A DNA stretch of 62,846 bases, the filler included, from Guillardia theta CCMP2712 (taxonomy: Eukaryota; Protista; Cryptophyta), in the NCBI RefSeq assembly GCF_000315625.1. It is 6 parts of 6 records of this genome, joined end to end, with 100 filler letters (N's around TTAATTAATTAA, not from the genome) between each part and the next. Parts side by side here need not be neighbours in the genome. Positions count along the whole stretch, not along the records: positions 35,066 to 44,469 come from NW_005434263.1; positions 44,570 to 60,488 come from NW_005434311.1; 4 more parts are not named here. One strand, 5' to 3'. The translations under genes and the position numbers were made by a program. The stretch's first letter is position 1; every line of letters begins with the position of its first letter. This document shows positions 37,605 through 48,721 of the stretch, piece by piece. The notes under the pieces were generated by a model. The model did no database searches and was not told where the DNA came from. It saw only the letters and a list, made by a program, of their open reading frames with translations.

Positions 37605-39092
37605 TCATCTCTTCTCCTCTACCGCAGCTCTCACTTTGGAGAACACCTCCTGCAGGAACCAAGTCAGCGACAAGCTCGAGGGGGAGGATGGCGACGGGAG
37701 GCATGCTGTGCGCATGTGGAGGAAGACGAGCGTGTACAGCAAGGGAGATGGGGAGGGGAGAAGGAGCGAGGAGGGAAGGAGGAGGGAAAGCGAGGAGGGG
37801 ACTGGGAGAGAGCAGGAGCAGGAGCAGGAGGAGCAGGAGATGGCGATGGAGGAGATGGAGGAGCAGGAGCAAGAGCAGGAGCATGGAGTGCATGGGAGGG
37901 AGGAAGCTGAGCTAAGACGAGGTACCTCCATCTTAGTGCTTCTGAGCTGCGGGAACGGACGGTCCTCCGGCCCACAGGAAAAGACAAGCTGACCGTTTAC
38001 ATGAACTTCCAGCGCTCCCTTGGTAGGACGAGGAGGAAGCTGCAGGAGCTCCGGGGTCCACCCCTTCCTGGGGTGACCCAGAATGCGCGCATGGGGGTAC
38101 TCCCTCCTCACCAGGGCCTCGAGCTGCAGGAGGATCATCGTAGGTTGAGGAGGAGGGAGGAGGAGGGAGGAGGAGGAGGAGGAGGAGGAGGGAGGAGGAG
38201 GGAGGAGGAGGGAGGAGGAAGGAGGAGGAGGAGGAGGAGGAGGAGGAGGAGGAGGAGGAGGAGGAGGAGGGGTACATAANNNNNNNNNNNNNNNNNNNNN
38301 NNNNNNNNNNNNNNNNNNNNNNNNNNNNNNNNNNNNNNNNNNNNNNNNNNNNNNNNNNNNNNNNNNNNNNNNNNNNNNNNNNNNNNNNNNNNNNNNNNNN
38401 NNNNNNNNNNNNNNNNNNNNNNNNNNNNNNNNNNNNNNNNNNNNNNNNNNNNNNNNNNNNNNNNNNNNNNNNNNNNNNNNNNNNNNNNNNNNNNNNNNNN
38501 NNNNNNNNNNNNNNNNNNNNNNNNNNNNNNNNNNNNNNNNNNNNNNNNNNNNNNNNNNNNNNNNNNNNNNNNNNNNNNNNNNNNNNNNNNNNNNNNNNNN
38601 NNNNNTCTGCTCCGCCCGGCTTCCAGGGAGGAAACTCAGTTCCTCCTCTCCTCTTCCTCCTCCGTTGTGCCTCCGTCTTGCAGGAAGAGGAGGGTCAAGC
38701 ATGGCGGATGCAGGCGCAGAGGATGGGGAGGAGGAGGAAGCGAGGGGGCTGAAGCAGCTCTGACCTCAACTGCTGCGCGCTTGAAGATGGATCAGCTCTT
38801 GCATGCTACAATCTCAAGCCGGAGCTCGTCGTGGGGAGGAGGCCGCGGCGTCACCGTTAGATCGTCCTCCTTCCTCCCTGCCCCTGGCTCCTTCTTCCCC
38901 TCCTCATGCATGCTGGGAGCTCCTTGAAGTCGCTGTATCAGGTCTGCCTTCCTCCCTCCTGTAACCCGATCAGAGCTGTTACGAAGTAGAAAGCTCCCAC
39001 TCCTCACCAACTTTGAGCCCTTGCTCTCTGCATCGCTGCTTCAGCACCTCCACTGTCAGCTGCTCCAGATCCTCTGCGCCTGCATCCGCCAT
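37605..39092 (-). CDS. SELENOH: Selenoprotein H-like (Rdx family, CxxU) with N-terminal SAP domain; UGA at 38792-38794 read as Sec
   Basis: SAP: LEQLTVEVLKQRCREQGLKV|GGRKADLIQRL. Then LEIVACKS-UGA-SIFKRAAVE|LEALVRREYP..PTKGALEVHVNGQLVFS..RPFPQL..MEEVFSKV, which follows the SelH/Rdx pattern. A SECIS lies immediately 3'. Confidence 0.9.
38607..38724 (+). repeat. Inverted copy of the SelH 5' region/start (39069-39186) inside its own intron
   Basis: tgctccgcccggcttccaggg...agcatggcggatgcaggcgcagaggat is the reverse complement of about 39069-39185; the left end is hidden by a gap. Confidence 0.85.
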
Positions 39093-39262
39093 GCTTGACC
39101 CTCCTCTTCCTGCAAGACGGAGGCACAACGGAGGAGGAAGAGGAGAGGAGGAACTGAGTTTCCTCCCTGGAAGCCGGGCGGAGCAAGAAAACTGGCAGGA
39201 GCCCAAACGGATAGCTCGTGGAGTGTTCCCCATCAAACTCTTCATCCCTGTCACCATACTGA

Positions 39263-39312
<50 letters not shown>

Positions 39313-40314
39313 CTCGTCCTCGTCCTCCTCCTCGTCCTCGTCCTCGTCCTCGTCCTCCCGCCCTCGTTCATGCGGCAAGCCTGGGAGCGTTTGGATGTCG
39401 CATTCCGGGCAATTGCAGTCTTAGTAAGGTGGTGGGGTNNNNNNNNNNNNNNNNNNNNNNNNNNNNNNNNNNNNNNNNNNNNNNNNNNNNNNNNNNNNNN
39501 NNNNNNNNNNNNNNNNNNNNNNNNNNNNNNNNNNNNNNGTACCGGTGCGTCATAGTGACTTTTAAAGGAATTTATAGGGTAGGGTATATACCCCCACCTA
39601 TCGGATTTATGTACCCAATTTCTTTTCTCCTCCTCCTCCTCCTCCTCCTCCTCCTCCTCCTCCCGTCGCTGCCTCTACCTCTGTTCACTGTCTTACCTAG
39701 AGCTGAGAGATTCTAGGAGGGAGGAGAGAGAGAGGGAGGGGTGAAGGGAATTGTGGAGAACACAAGAGGATACGCGAAGCAAAGAAGGTAGTTGGTAACT
39801 TCGAGAAAAGAATTTTCTGAGACTCTCCTGCAAAGAATCGCAACATGGAAGAATGCTGAAGCAGCGGGAGATATGATAGCTAATTAGTCATCATCCGGTC
39901 TGGACTATTGTAAGAAGGAAACAGACTGTAGGGCTCCGTACAGCTCTCAAAAGCAAGCAGGATTATGGACGTAAGTGTTGTATACACAACACAGAGATTG
40001 TCAACGACACGAGTAAAGTAAGGACGAGAGAAGTCAAAGCATGCGATGAAATGAACTGGTCAATCAGCATCTGCAAGACAGGTACAAAGGATTGTGAATG
40101 GAAGGTTTAGAAGAGCGACAGCACGTACTTCCTCGTTGATCGATGTCGCTACTTGTGCCCCTAAGCATTACTGCTAAAATAATTCATCATCACTTACAAC
40201 CATTTCGTCGTGGTTGTCGTCCTATGATCGCCATCACAATCGTCTCGCAAATCCTCCTTGTCATAATAATCTGAACAATTCTACGTCTACAGGTCTACGT
40301 CTTGAAACCAGATC

Positions 40315-40790
40315 TTACTCCACATCCGACATCCCACATGAACATCCTCTATTCCAATCCTACATTCACATCCCACATCCACATCTTACATCCACATCCT
40401 ACATCCACATCCTACATCCACATCCTACATCCACATCCTACATCCTATATCCTACATGAGCATCCTCTATTCCAATCCTACACAGACATCCTACATCCAC
40501 ATCCTACATCCACATCCTACATCCTACATCCACATCCTACATCCACATCCTACATCCTATATCCTACATCCACCATCCTACATCCATATCCCACATTATC
40601 ATCCTACATCGACATCCTACATCGACATCCTACATCGACATCCTACATCGACATCCTACATCCACATCCTACATCCACATCCTACATCCACATCCTACAT
40701 TCACATCCTACATTCACATCCTACATCCACATCCTACATGCACATCCTACATGCACATCTTACGTTCGTATGCTACATCCACATGCACAT
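40315..40790 (+). repeat. ACATCC/ACATCCT minisatellite
   Basis: Directly visible degenerate 6/7-bp tandem array. Confidence 0.9.
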
Positions 40791-41702
40791 CAACTGGCAC
40801 AACCATCATCGTTCTTCGACCGCTCAATGATGGTGCGTTGATAGAATACCGGGAAGGTTGGCAGACCGGTTGACAGACACTCAAGGAACAATCGCAACAT
40901 GGTCAAAATGATGGTCAAACTAGATAGGGATGAAAGAAAGTCTTTTCAGTTTTACAACAGGAGAAAGTATCTTTTCTCGCACTCTTTCGATCTCAGCCCC
41001 GATCAGCAATTTGCTTAGAACCTCTTAACATTTAACCAACATAAAAAAAATATCTCGGTGCATCTATGTCACACCGTGGCACCCTACCACCAGGATCAAG
41101 TTTTGTGATTCATACCTCCCCTATCCCCTTCAACTACCCCACTCATTACGATCTTGTTCACCACCCACTCACAGAATATCCTGTGGTTCTGACCTTTCTA
41201 CCACCCCTACCCCCTCGGCCTAGAGCTCTGCCTCTGAGATCACCCCCACCTCTTGATTGTCGAATTGTCTGTCACATTCGATCACGGCATTCAGTCGAAG
41301 TGTGGACCCCCCTCTCTTACCTTTAAACTACCCTACCCACCAGTTTGAGCTCTTTGGGTTATTTCCGCGCAGTAAAGAAGATTCGATAAGATGCTATTTC
41401 ACATCTCGAAATATCAGCTTACCAGAAGCGATTCAAATATACATCGTTTCAAATCGAGATATCTCTCCGAATAATGCATTTATAAAGACAAGAACTAAGG
41501 GGGTTGTTGGGTGGCCCTTACACCCCCTTTGTTGTAGTACTAAATACCCGTACTCGTTAGTCTCCGACTACCCCCACCCCACTTTATCGGAGGCGTCTCC
41601 CTCTCTTTTAGGCCGTGGCGTCTCCTGACAGCACGCACAAAAAAATTCGTCTGCCCCTACTCCTCCTCCTCCTCTGCTGCTGCTGCTGCTGCTGCTCCTC
41701 CT

Positions 41703-41768
<66 letters not shown>

Positions 41769-41897
41769 CCTGCTCCTGCTCCTCCTGCCCCTCCTCTCCT
41801 TCATTTCTTTTCCTCATCAAGCATAATCGCCTCGGTTGTTTTTTCAGGATTCCTGTAAACAACTACGCTTTGTTCTCCAGTTGACCTCTTGGCGACG

Positions 41898-42626
41898 ATG
41901 AACCAACTAAAGGACAATCCCATCCTCCGGCCGAACCCGTTGCATGTTTGGTCTCAACCAGTTTTTAGCCAGCTGCTGGTTTCAAATACGCATGCGATTC
42001 AAAACGTCGATGATTCGGCGTTCCTGACCCCAAACGCCCGGCACGACAAACAGGTTGACTATACGACCAGGTCCTCCTCCTCTTCTCCGCACGCAAACAA
42101 CCATAGCAGAGAGGAAGCGAACCATGGTGTCTCCCCCAAGAACCATCCGGACGATCATCACACTTTCAAGGATGGTTTCGTTCACACGGACGGTCCCTTC
42201 GTGCGGGTCCTACAGCGTTCAGGCGAGCAGCAGGTGCCGAGTCCTCGAAGACCAGCGGAGCTGACGAAACAGACGCTGCGACCGTACCTTGCTCTGAGTC
42301 AAACAGAGGCAGCCAGGTCACTGGGCATGTCGCTTTCTGCGTTCAAGAGGCTGTGCAAGAAGGTCGGGCTGGAGAAATGGCCGTATGCGAGGAGGAAGGG
42401 GTCGTCGCAGCTGACGGAGAGGCACAAGGCCAAGCTGCGCCAGTACGAGGACGAGCAGTTCCGCGGAGAAGAGGAGGAGGAGGAGCAGGAGGAAGAGGTA
42501 GCGGAAGTAGAGGAGGAGGAGGCCGAGCATAGTATGTCTCTCAAGGCAATAGGAGCGTTGCGAGAGGAAGGCTGGTACGACAAAGAACTCTTTGAGGAGG
42601 CGATGTTTCATATCCAGTTAGTGTGA
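41898..42626 (+). CDS. RWP-RK (NIN-like) transcription factor
   Basis: LTKQTLRPYLALSQTEAARSLGMSLSAFKRLCKKVGLEKWPYARR matches the RWP-RK domain (KWP variant); single exon with acidic tail. Confidence 0.88.
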   Translation: MNQLKDNPILRPNPLHVWSQPVFSQLLVSNTHAIQNVDDSAFLTPNARHDKQVDYTTRSSSSSPHANNHSREEANHGVSPKNHPDDHHTFKDGFVHTDGPFVRVLQRSGEQQVPSPRRPAELTKQTLRPYLALSQTEAARSLGMSLSAFKRLCKKVGLEKWPYARRKGSSQLTERHKAKLRQYEDEQFRGEEEEEEQEEEVAEVEEEEAEHSMSLKAIGALREEGWYDKELFEEAMFHIQLV

Positions 42627-43714
42627 GGGGGACAAAGGAGCTTACCGGGCAAGTGAGAGAGCTCGGAGCACCGCCTGTTGGTTCCGTGTTAACTGCTACT
42701 GCCCCAAGGCATCATACATGAAGCTTCTTTGTCGTCTCACTTTGGGGTGACTGAGTGGCCTTGTGAGTCTGGAGGAGTTGTTGGTGACAAGTATTTTACC
42801 GTTGGATGCCGGGGGATGTACAGGACAGTGTTCAATGATAAGGGCAACTATTGCTTCATTGTTGAGTTTTTGGATGAGAGCTAGAGGGTTGTAATGTGAT
42901 ACTATCTCTCAATGAAATTTGTTTCTATTAGATCAATCGGTAAAGCAGCAGTGCGGCAAACCATTCTTACCCTCTCTGAACGCAGGCTTGAAAGTTCAAA
43001 CCGTCCTGAGGCTCGGAACTTGAACTGGCGAGTCCTCGCGGGGCAACTTCCCCGCCTGGCAACAGGCAAACTGTGGCGAATCCAATGACGCTGCAATTAC
43101 CGTAGTAGTGAAAGCCAGGGGCCCTCCAACATACTATGCGGCCACCCCGGCCCGAGTCGCTGCTCGGACTCACACCGTCACTGCAAAGAACAAGGAGTCG
43201 AGTCACAGTGTCGAAACGTCGGACCGGGACTCGGACCGTAGTAGCGGCGGGCCCGGGGCGTGCTCGTGACTTCCGAGCCTTGGCCGGGTTCCAGAGTCCG
43301 AGCCGCCTTTGACTCCCGTCAGTGAGTACCGGAGTCCGTCTGAAAGGCCCACACTGGCAAGGCACCCCGGCACCATCACATGATTCGGATCGGACCACTG
43401 AGCTGCCACGGTTAAGCTCAGTCATGCAGCCCGCGCCCGTCGGCGTCAGAGGCTCACTGAGGATCAGCCGAGTGGGACCGCCCAGCCGGGCCCGCGCCCG
43501 GCCCGGCCGCCTCCGAGTCAGGGCCGGGGGCCGCCGGGTCGGGGCCGGGGCCCCGTCCGAGGTTCCGAGGCCCGGCCGTTAGTTTGCTCAGACCTCTGAT
43601 AGTAGTTAGGTCCCTCACACCCTCCTTCCTGCTTCCTCCCTCCCTCCCTCCCTCCCTCCCTCCCTCCCTCCCTCCCTCCCTCCCTTCTTCTCGGACTCTC
43701 CTCGTGCATCCTAC

Positions 43715-44469
43715 ATGGGGGACAGTCGCAGGCACCTTCCGGCAATTCCCTTCGGTTGCTTGGCGAGCACGTCAGAGCTGGCGCTGGGGCAGACATGGGC
43801 GAGAGGAGAGCACGAGAGGATGAAGATGAAGATGAAGAGGAGAGGAGAGGAGAGTCAACACCTCCTCGCCAGGCCCTCCTCGCCCTCTCACCCGCCCTCC
43901 CATGCTCATGGCCTGTTGCCGCACGAGTGCAGGATAGGAGACAAGGCGAGAGAAGGAGGGGGAGGAGGTTGAGCTGACAAGGAGCAGGTTGTATGTCCTG
44001 CCCGCGACAATTTCCGCTTCGCAATCCCTCAGGTCGACGCGCTGACGATGCACGTGGGCTGAGAGGAGAAGCAGGCAGAGCGAGAGCTGATGGAGGCAGA
44101 GAAGCAGAGGGAGCCGCTGGAGAAGATCATGCGAGGACCGTGGGAGGTGCAAAGAAGGTGAGGAGGGGAGGGGAAGGGAAGGGAGGGGAGAGGAGAGGAG
44201 AGGAGAGGGAAGGGAGGGAGAGGAGAGGAGGGAGAGGAGAGGAGAGGAGAGGAGGGGAGCGGAGCGGAGAGGAGTGGAGGGGAGAGGAGATTGGCTTCAT
44301 TGTAGGGCACCTTGTCAAGGAACTTTCAGAGTGTTCCGCGCAGCTCTCATACTCTCTCTTTGCGCTGGAGCAAGGGCTGATGGACTTGACGGGCAAGCAG
44401 ACGGCCGGTGTGTCGGTGCTAGAGTTTGAGGAACAGGTTGGAGGAGAAGCTCTACAGAAACGTGTGGAC
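43715..44469 (+). CDS. Partial hypothetical coiled-coil protein, cut by scaffold end
   Basis: Exon-like segments (EKQAERELMEAEKQREPLEKIM; LVKELSECSAQLSYSLFALEQGL) separated by GT-AG microsatellite introns. Confidence 0.35.
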
Positions 44470-44513
44470 NNNNNNNNNNNNNNNNNNNNNNNNNNNNNNN
44501 NNNNNNNNNNNNN

Positions 44514-44525
44514 TTAATTAATTAA
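44514..44525. other. Artificial scaffold linker
   Basis: TTAATTAATTAA within N runs. Confidence 0.97.
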
Positions 44526-44571
44526 NNNNNNNNNNNNNNNNNNNNNNNNNNNNNNNNNNNNNNNNNNNNTC

Positions 44572-44685
44572 CACCCTCGCGACAGCAATCTCTGGTTACA
44601 AGATCTTTACGGTTCAAGTATCATCTTTTGGTGATCAAAAGCCGGCGGGCAAGCTTGTCTCTCCTTGTTCAAGTTCCTCTCTTAT
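44572..44685 (+). repeat. 114-bp direct repeat, copy 1 (copy 2 at 53049-53162)
   Basis: caccctcgcgacagcaatctctggttac...gttcctctcttat is identical at both sites. Confidence 0.92.
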
Positions 44686-44981
44686 CTTTGAGACTTGAAG
44701 CGAGTGATGCTGTGCCGCAAGACTGAGACGCGAACTTGGTGGGTGACATGGGGCAGACAGCCAGGCGTCAGCCGGGAGACGGGCAGGTGGAGGAGAAGCA
44801 GGAGAAGCTGAGAGATGGTACAGCTGGAGCTGAGAGGTGAAGGAGGCGAGAGAGGACCTCGAGGACATCAGTCACCTCCGGCTCACCTCCAGACTCGCGC
44901 CCCTCTCAGGTCGATGAAGGAGGAGGAGAAGAGGCTAGCTGATATGTCGTGCAGCAGTAAGATACAGGAGGGCATCATCTC

Positions 44982-45058
<77 letters not shown>

Positions 45059-46185
45059 CCATCGTCGTCGTCGTCGTCATCATCATCCTGATCCTGATCC
45101 TGATCCTGATCCTGATCCTGATCCTGATCCTGATCCTGATCCTGATCCTGATCATCATCATCATCATCATCGTTGTCGTCGTCGCTCCTCTCGATTCTCA
45201 TCCCTCCTGTCTCCTGCTCCCATCTTGACCCACCCCGCCACCCCCTCCCGCCCCTTCCTCCTCCACTCCTCCCCTCCTTGTCCGTACCCACCCCTCTCTT
45301 CCCCTCGCGTCTGGTTAACTTCCTTCCCCTCGCGTCTGGTTAACTTCTCCTCTACTTCACCCCCTGGTCTGACACTCTCCCATGACCCCCACTCTCCCCG
45401 GCTCACCTCCAGCCTCCCCACCCACCCCTCTCTTCTCCTCGCCTCTGGTCCACCTCCGCTCCTCCCCCTCTCCTCCTATGCCCCTCAGCCTGCCGACAGC
45501 GAGCGTTGAGGTCGCCATGGCCGGCAGCTCGCCTGNNNNNNNNNNNNNNNNNNNNNNNNNNNNNNNNNNNNNNNNNNNNNNNNNNNNNNNNNNNNNNNNN
45601 NNNNNNNNNNNNNNNNNNNNNNNNNNNNNNNNNNNNNNNNNNNNNNNNNNNNNNNNNNNNNNNNNNNNNNNNNNNNNNNNNNNNNNNNNNNNNNNNNNNN
45701 NNNNNNNNNNNNNNNNNNNNNNNNNNNNNNNNNNNNNNNNNNNNNNNNNNNNNNNNNNNNNNNNNNNNNNNNNNNNNNNNNNNNNNNNNNCGCCTCGTGC
45801 CAGCTCTCGCTCCTCGCAAGCCTCTGCTCCTCGTCCTACCAGCAGTGAGGGAAGCCACCCGTACTTGCTAGTCTCTCTCAGGCACCAGGGGTCATCCTCT
45901 CGAGCACATCTAGTCCTTGTATGCATCAAGCGCTGTGAGAGTCGTTTGACTGACTTTCTTGACGATCAAGGCTGAGCCTAGCCTTGAGTGCTGTCCCTTA
46001 GCTGGGGTAGGTCCAGTCTGAGGTGAGCTCGCTTTTACTAGGGCTCTGATAGGTATGAGAGCGATTTCTATGGCTGCAGCTTGTTGNNNNNNNNNNNNNN
46101 NNNNNNNNNNNNNNNNNNNNNNNNNNNNNNNNNNNNNNNNNNNNNNNNNNNNNNNNNNNNNNNNNNNNNNNNNNNNNNNNNNNNN

Positions 46186-48721
46186 NCGCCATCATTGTCC
46201 TTCTCCCTCAGCAGCTCCTCCCCGCATGTCTCTACAGCATACCGCAGCACCTCCAACTGCCCACCTGCACTCGCATAGTGCGCGCATGTCTTGCCGTCAT
46301 TGCTCCTCTCCATCATCAAGGTCCTCAGAGTCTCTTTCCCGCATTCTTCCTCTACCGTCTTCAGTACCTCCACATGCCCATACTCCCCCGCCCAGTGCAC
46401 CATCGTCTTCCATTCATCGTCCTTCGCTCCTACCTCTGCACCTGCCTGTATCAGCTCCCTCACGCTCCCCGCCCTCCCCAGCATCCCCGCTACATGCAGC
46501 CCTGTCCTCCCGTCCTCCGTCCGCTCGTCCATGTCGTATTCGCCCGCCTTCAGCAGCCGGATCAGCTCCCCCTGTCCTCGTACCACCGCCGTCACTGTCG
46601 GCGGCTCCCNNNNNNNNNNNNNNNNNNNNNNNNNNNNNNNNNNNNNNNNNNNNNNNNNNNNNNNNNNNNNNNNNNNNNNNNNNNNNNNNNNNNNNNNNNN
46701 NNNNNNNNNCATCCCGCACAGCCTCTTGCTCTGCTCTCGTCTGCCGTCATCGCCTGCTGGAGTCCGCGAGCTGATCTTGTACATCAGACCCGCCATCGTC
46801 CTCCAGTACACTGACTGCATCGGCTCGCGTGCAAGGGCTAAACATTTCTCGTCTCCCTGAGTGTCTTCGATCCAGTGCCTGAGCTTGTTGATCGCCATGT
46901 CCTTGACTCGGTTCGACAGCTCGATCGCCTCCTTGTATCTTGACTCGTCGTTGTACCAGCCCGACTCCCTCGCCCTGCTCGCCTCCACCAGCCTCCAGCA
47001 CTCCTCCACGATCGATTGCACAAGACCCTGGTGGCTCTTGAAAACAGAGTCGAAAGTAACTGTCCTGAGCCGCTCCTGGATCCTCCCCTCCCACCCCCTC
47101 ACGTCTCGCTCTACCTCCCTCGCCAGGTTCTCCATCAGCCCTACGTACAGCTGCTTCCTCTTCCCCACAAAGTCCTCGATCGTCAAGCTCATCGTGTTCG
47201 CGTTGATCTTCAGCTCCAGCACCTTCACCCGCCTCCCCTCTACCTCCCTGTACCGCGGCGTCTTCACCACCTCCAGGTACGACAGCGGCGGATACAGCAT
47301 CTCCCCCTCCCCCGGATACTGAGACACAAACGTCAAGCTCGCCCCCCGGTCGATCGCCCCGCAGCTGATCTCGAACACGATCGACTCTCCCTCCTCCCCG
47401 GCGTACTGCATCGCCGTCCTGACGTCTGTCGTCGTGCTCAGCAGCCTGTACTCGACTCCTCCGGACACCCCGAGCTTGTCCTCGTTGAGGAAGCTCTCCG
47501 GCAGCCTCATCCCCTTCAGCCCCCTCCACACCCGCAGCCCCTCCGGCAGAGGCGTGTGACGAGACAGCTTCACGATGCCGCTGACGATGCAGTGGATGGT
47601 CGTCGTGTACTTGTTGGGGACCTTGTTGGAGTCTCGGAGGAGCTCGTTGGGAGCTCGAAGAACAGAGTTGTACTTGAAGTACATCGGCCCTGTCATAGCA
47701 AGCCTCTTGTCAGCCATCTCACGCTCTCTTGCTCCTCTCTCCTCCCCCAACGCTCCTTCTCCCTCTCTCGCTATCTCTCTCTCTTACCTGTGTAGAGCTG
47801 CAGCGCGATCAGCTCCGCCTCCTGTAGCCCCGCCTTGATCTCCTTCTCCCGCTCCTTCAGCTCCTCCATCCCTCGGATCACCCGCGTCCCGTCCGACAGC
47901 CTCCGCCTCCTCTCCGGGTCTGTGACGTTGAGCCACTCCTCCTTGGCTGTCGTCCTGATCCCGTAGTTGCTCGTCGTGAACGCTTCCTCCGCGTCCTTGC
48001 CCTTGCAGTGCTCCTCCTCTATCGCCTTCATCAGCTCCGTCTGAGGTAGCCCGATCCGCTCCATCAGCCCCCCGTAGTACTCCTCGATCTTCCCGTACAC
48101 GGCCTCGCGTACCTCCCTGCTGCCTGTACCGTCCGACTCATTCACCGCAAACTTGCTGTTGTGCGACGTCGGACCGTCTCCTCCCGCCCGCCCTCCTGCC
48201 TCTGCCGGCCTCCTCAGCGCCTCCTCGAGCCTCCTCCCTATCGCCGTCTGCCATAGAGCCGATAGAGCGCTCTCCGTCATCCCCTGTAGCCCCGCAAGAG
48301 GACTCGCCGCGCTCCCGCCGGGGATGCACTCCGCCATGACTCGAAGGATGTTGAGGTCGCCGAGGCTGCTGGCCTTGCGCTCGAGCTCCCACTCTCTTGC
48401 GACTCTGACCTCGTAGTCATCGTACGAGAGCTTGTCAGGGCTGAGCGCCGACGCGTCGACGCCGAGAGCCATGCGGAGGTTGTTGAGATCGTTTGTAATC
48501 CTTTGAGTCTCGAGGGGTCTGAAGAGCTTCTTGAGGTCAGAGCTGATGTCGTCGGGGATAGTCCAGCTGGTCGTCTGCTGGGCACTAGCTGGTGGATGAG
48601 CCGTGGGATTTCTGATTTGAGCGAGAGCGGAGGAGTGGGCGAGCAGCACTTCATTCTTGACTCTCAAGGTCAAGAGCTCACGCTCCAGCTCTAGAATCTC
48701 TGTCTGTACATCCTTCCCCAT
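46186..48721 (-). CDS. ADP-ribosyltransferase (R-S-E/ARTC type) plus ankyrin-repeat protein, copy 2
   Basis: One intron (about 47692-47786) joins LQLYTG|PMYFKYN. Catalytic motifs VWRG, LLSTTTD and SQYPGEGEMLYPP are present. Ankyrin repeats GRTGLHVAG, KTMVHWAG and GKTCAHYAS follow; the 3' end is in an N gap. Confidence 0.88.

Noticed and set aside
40214-40841. His/Pro/Thr-rich ORFs
   Set aside because: They are translations of the ACATCC(T) minisatellite with no independent coding evidence.
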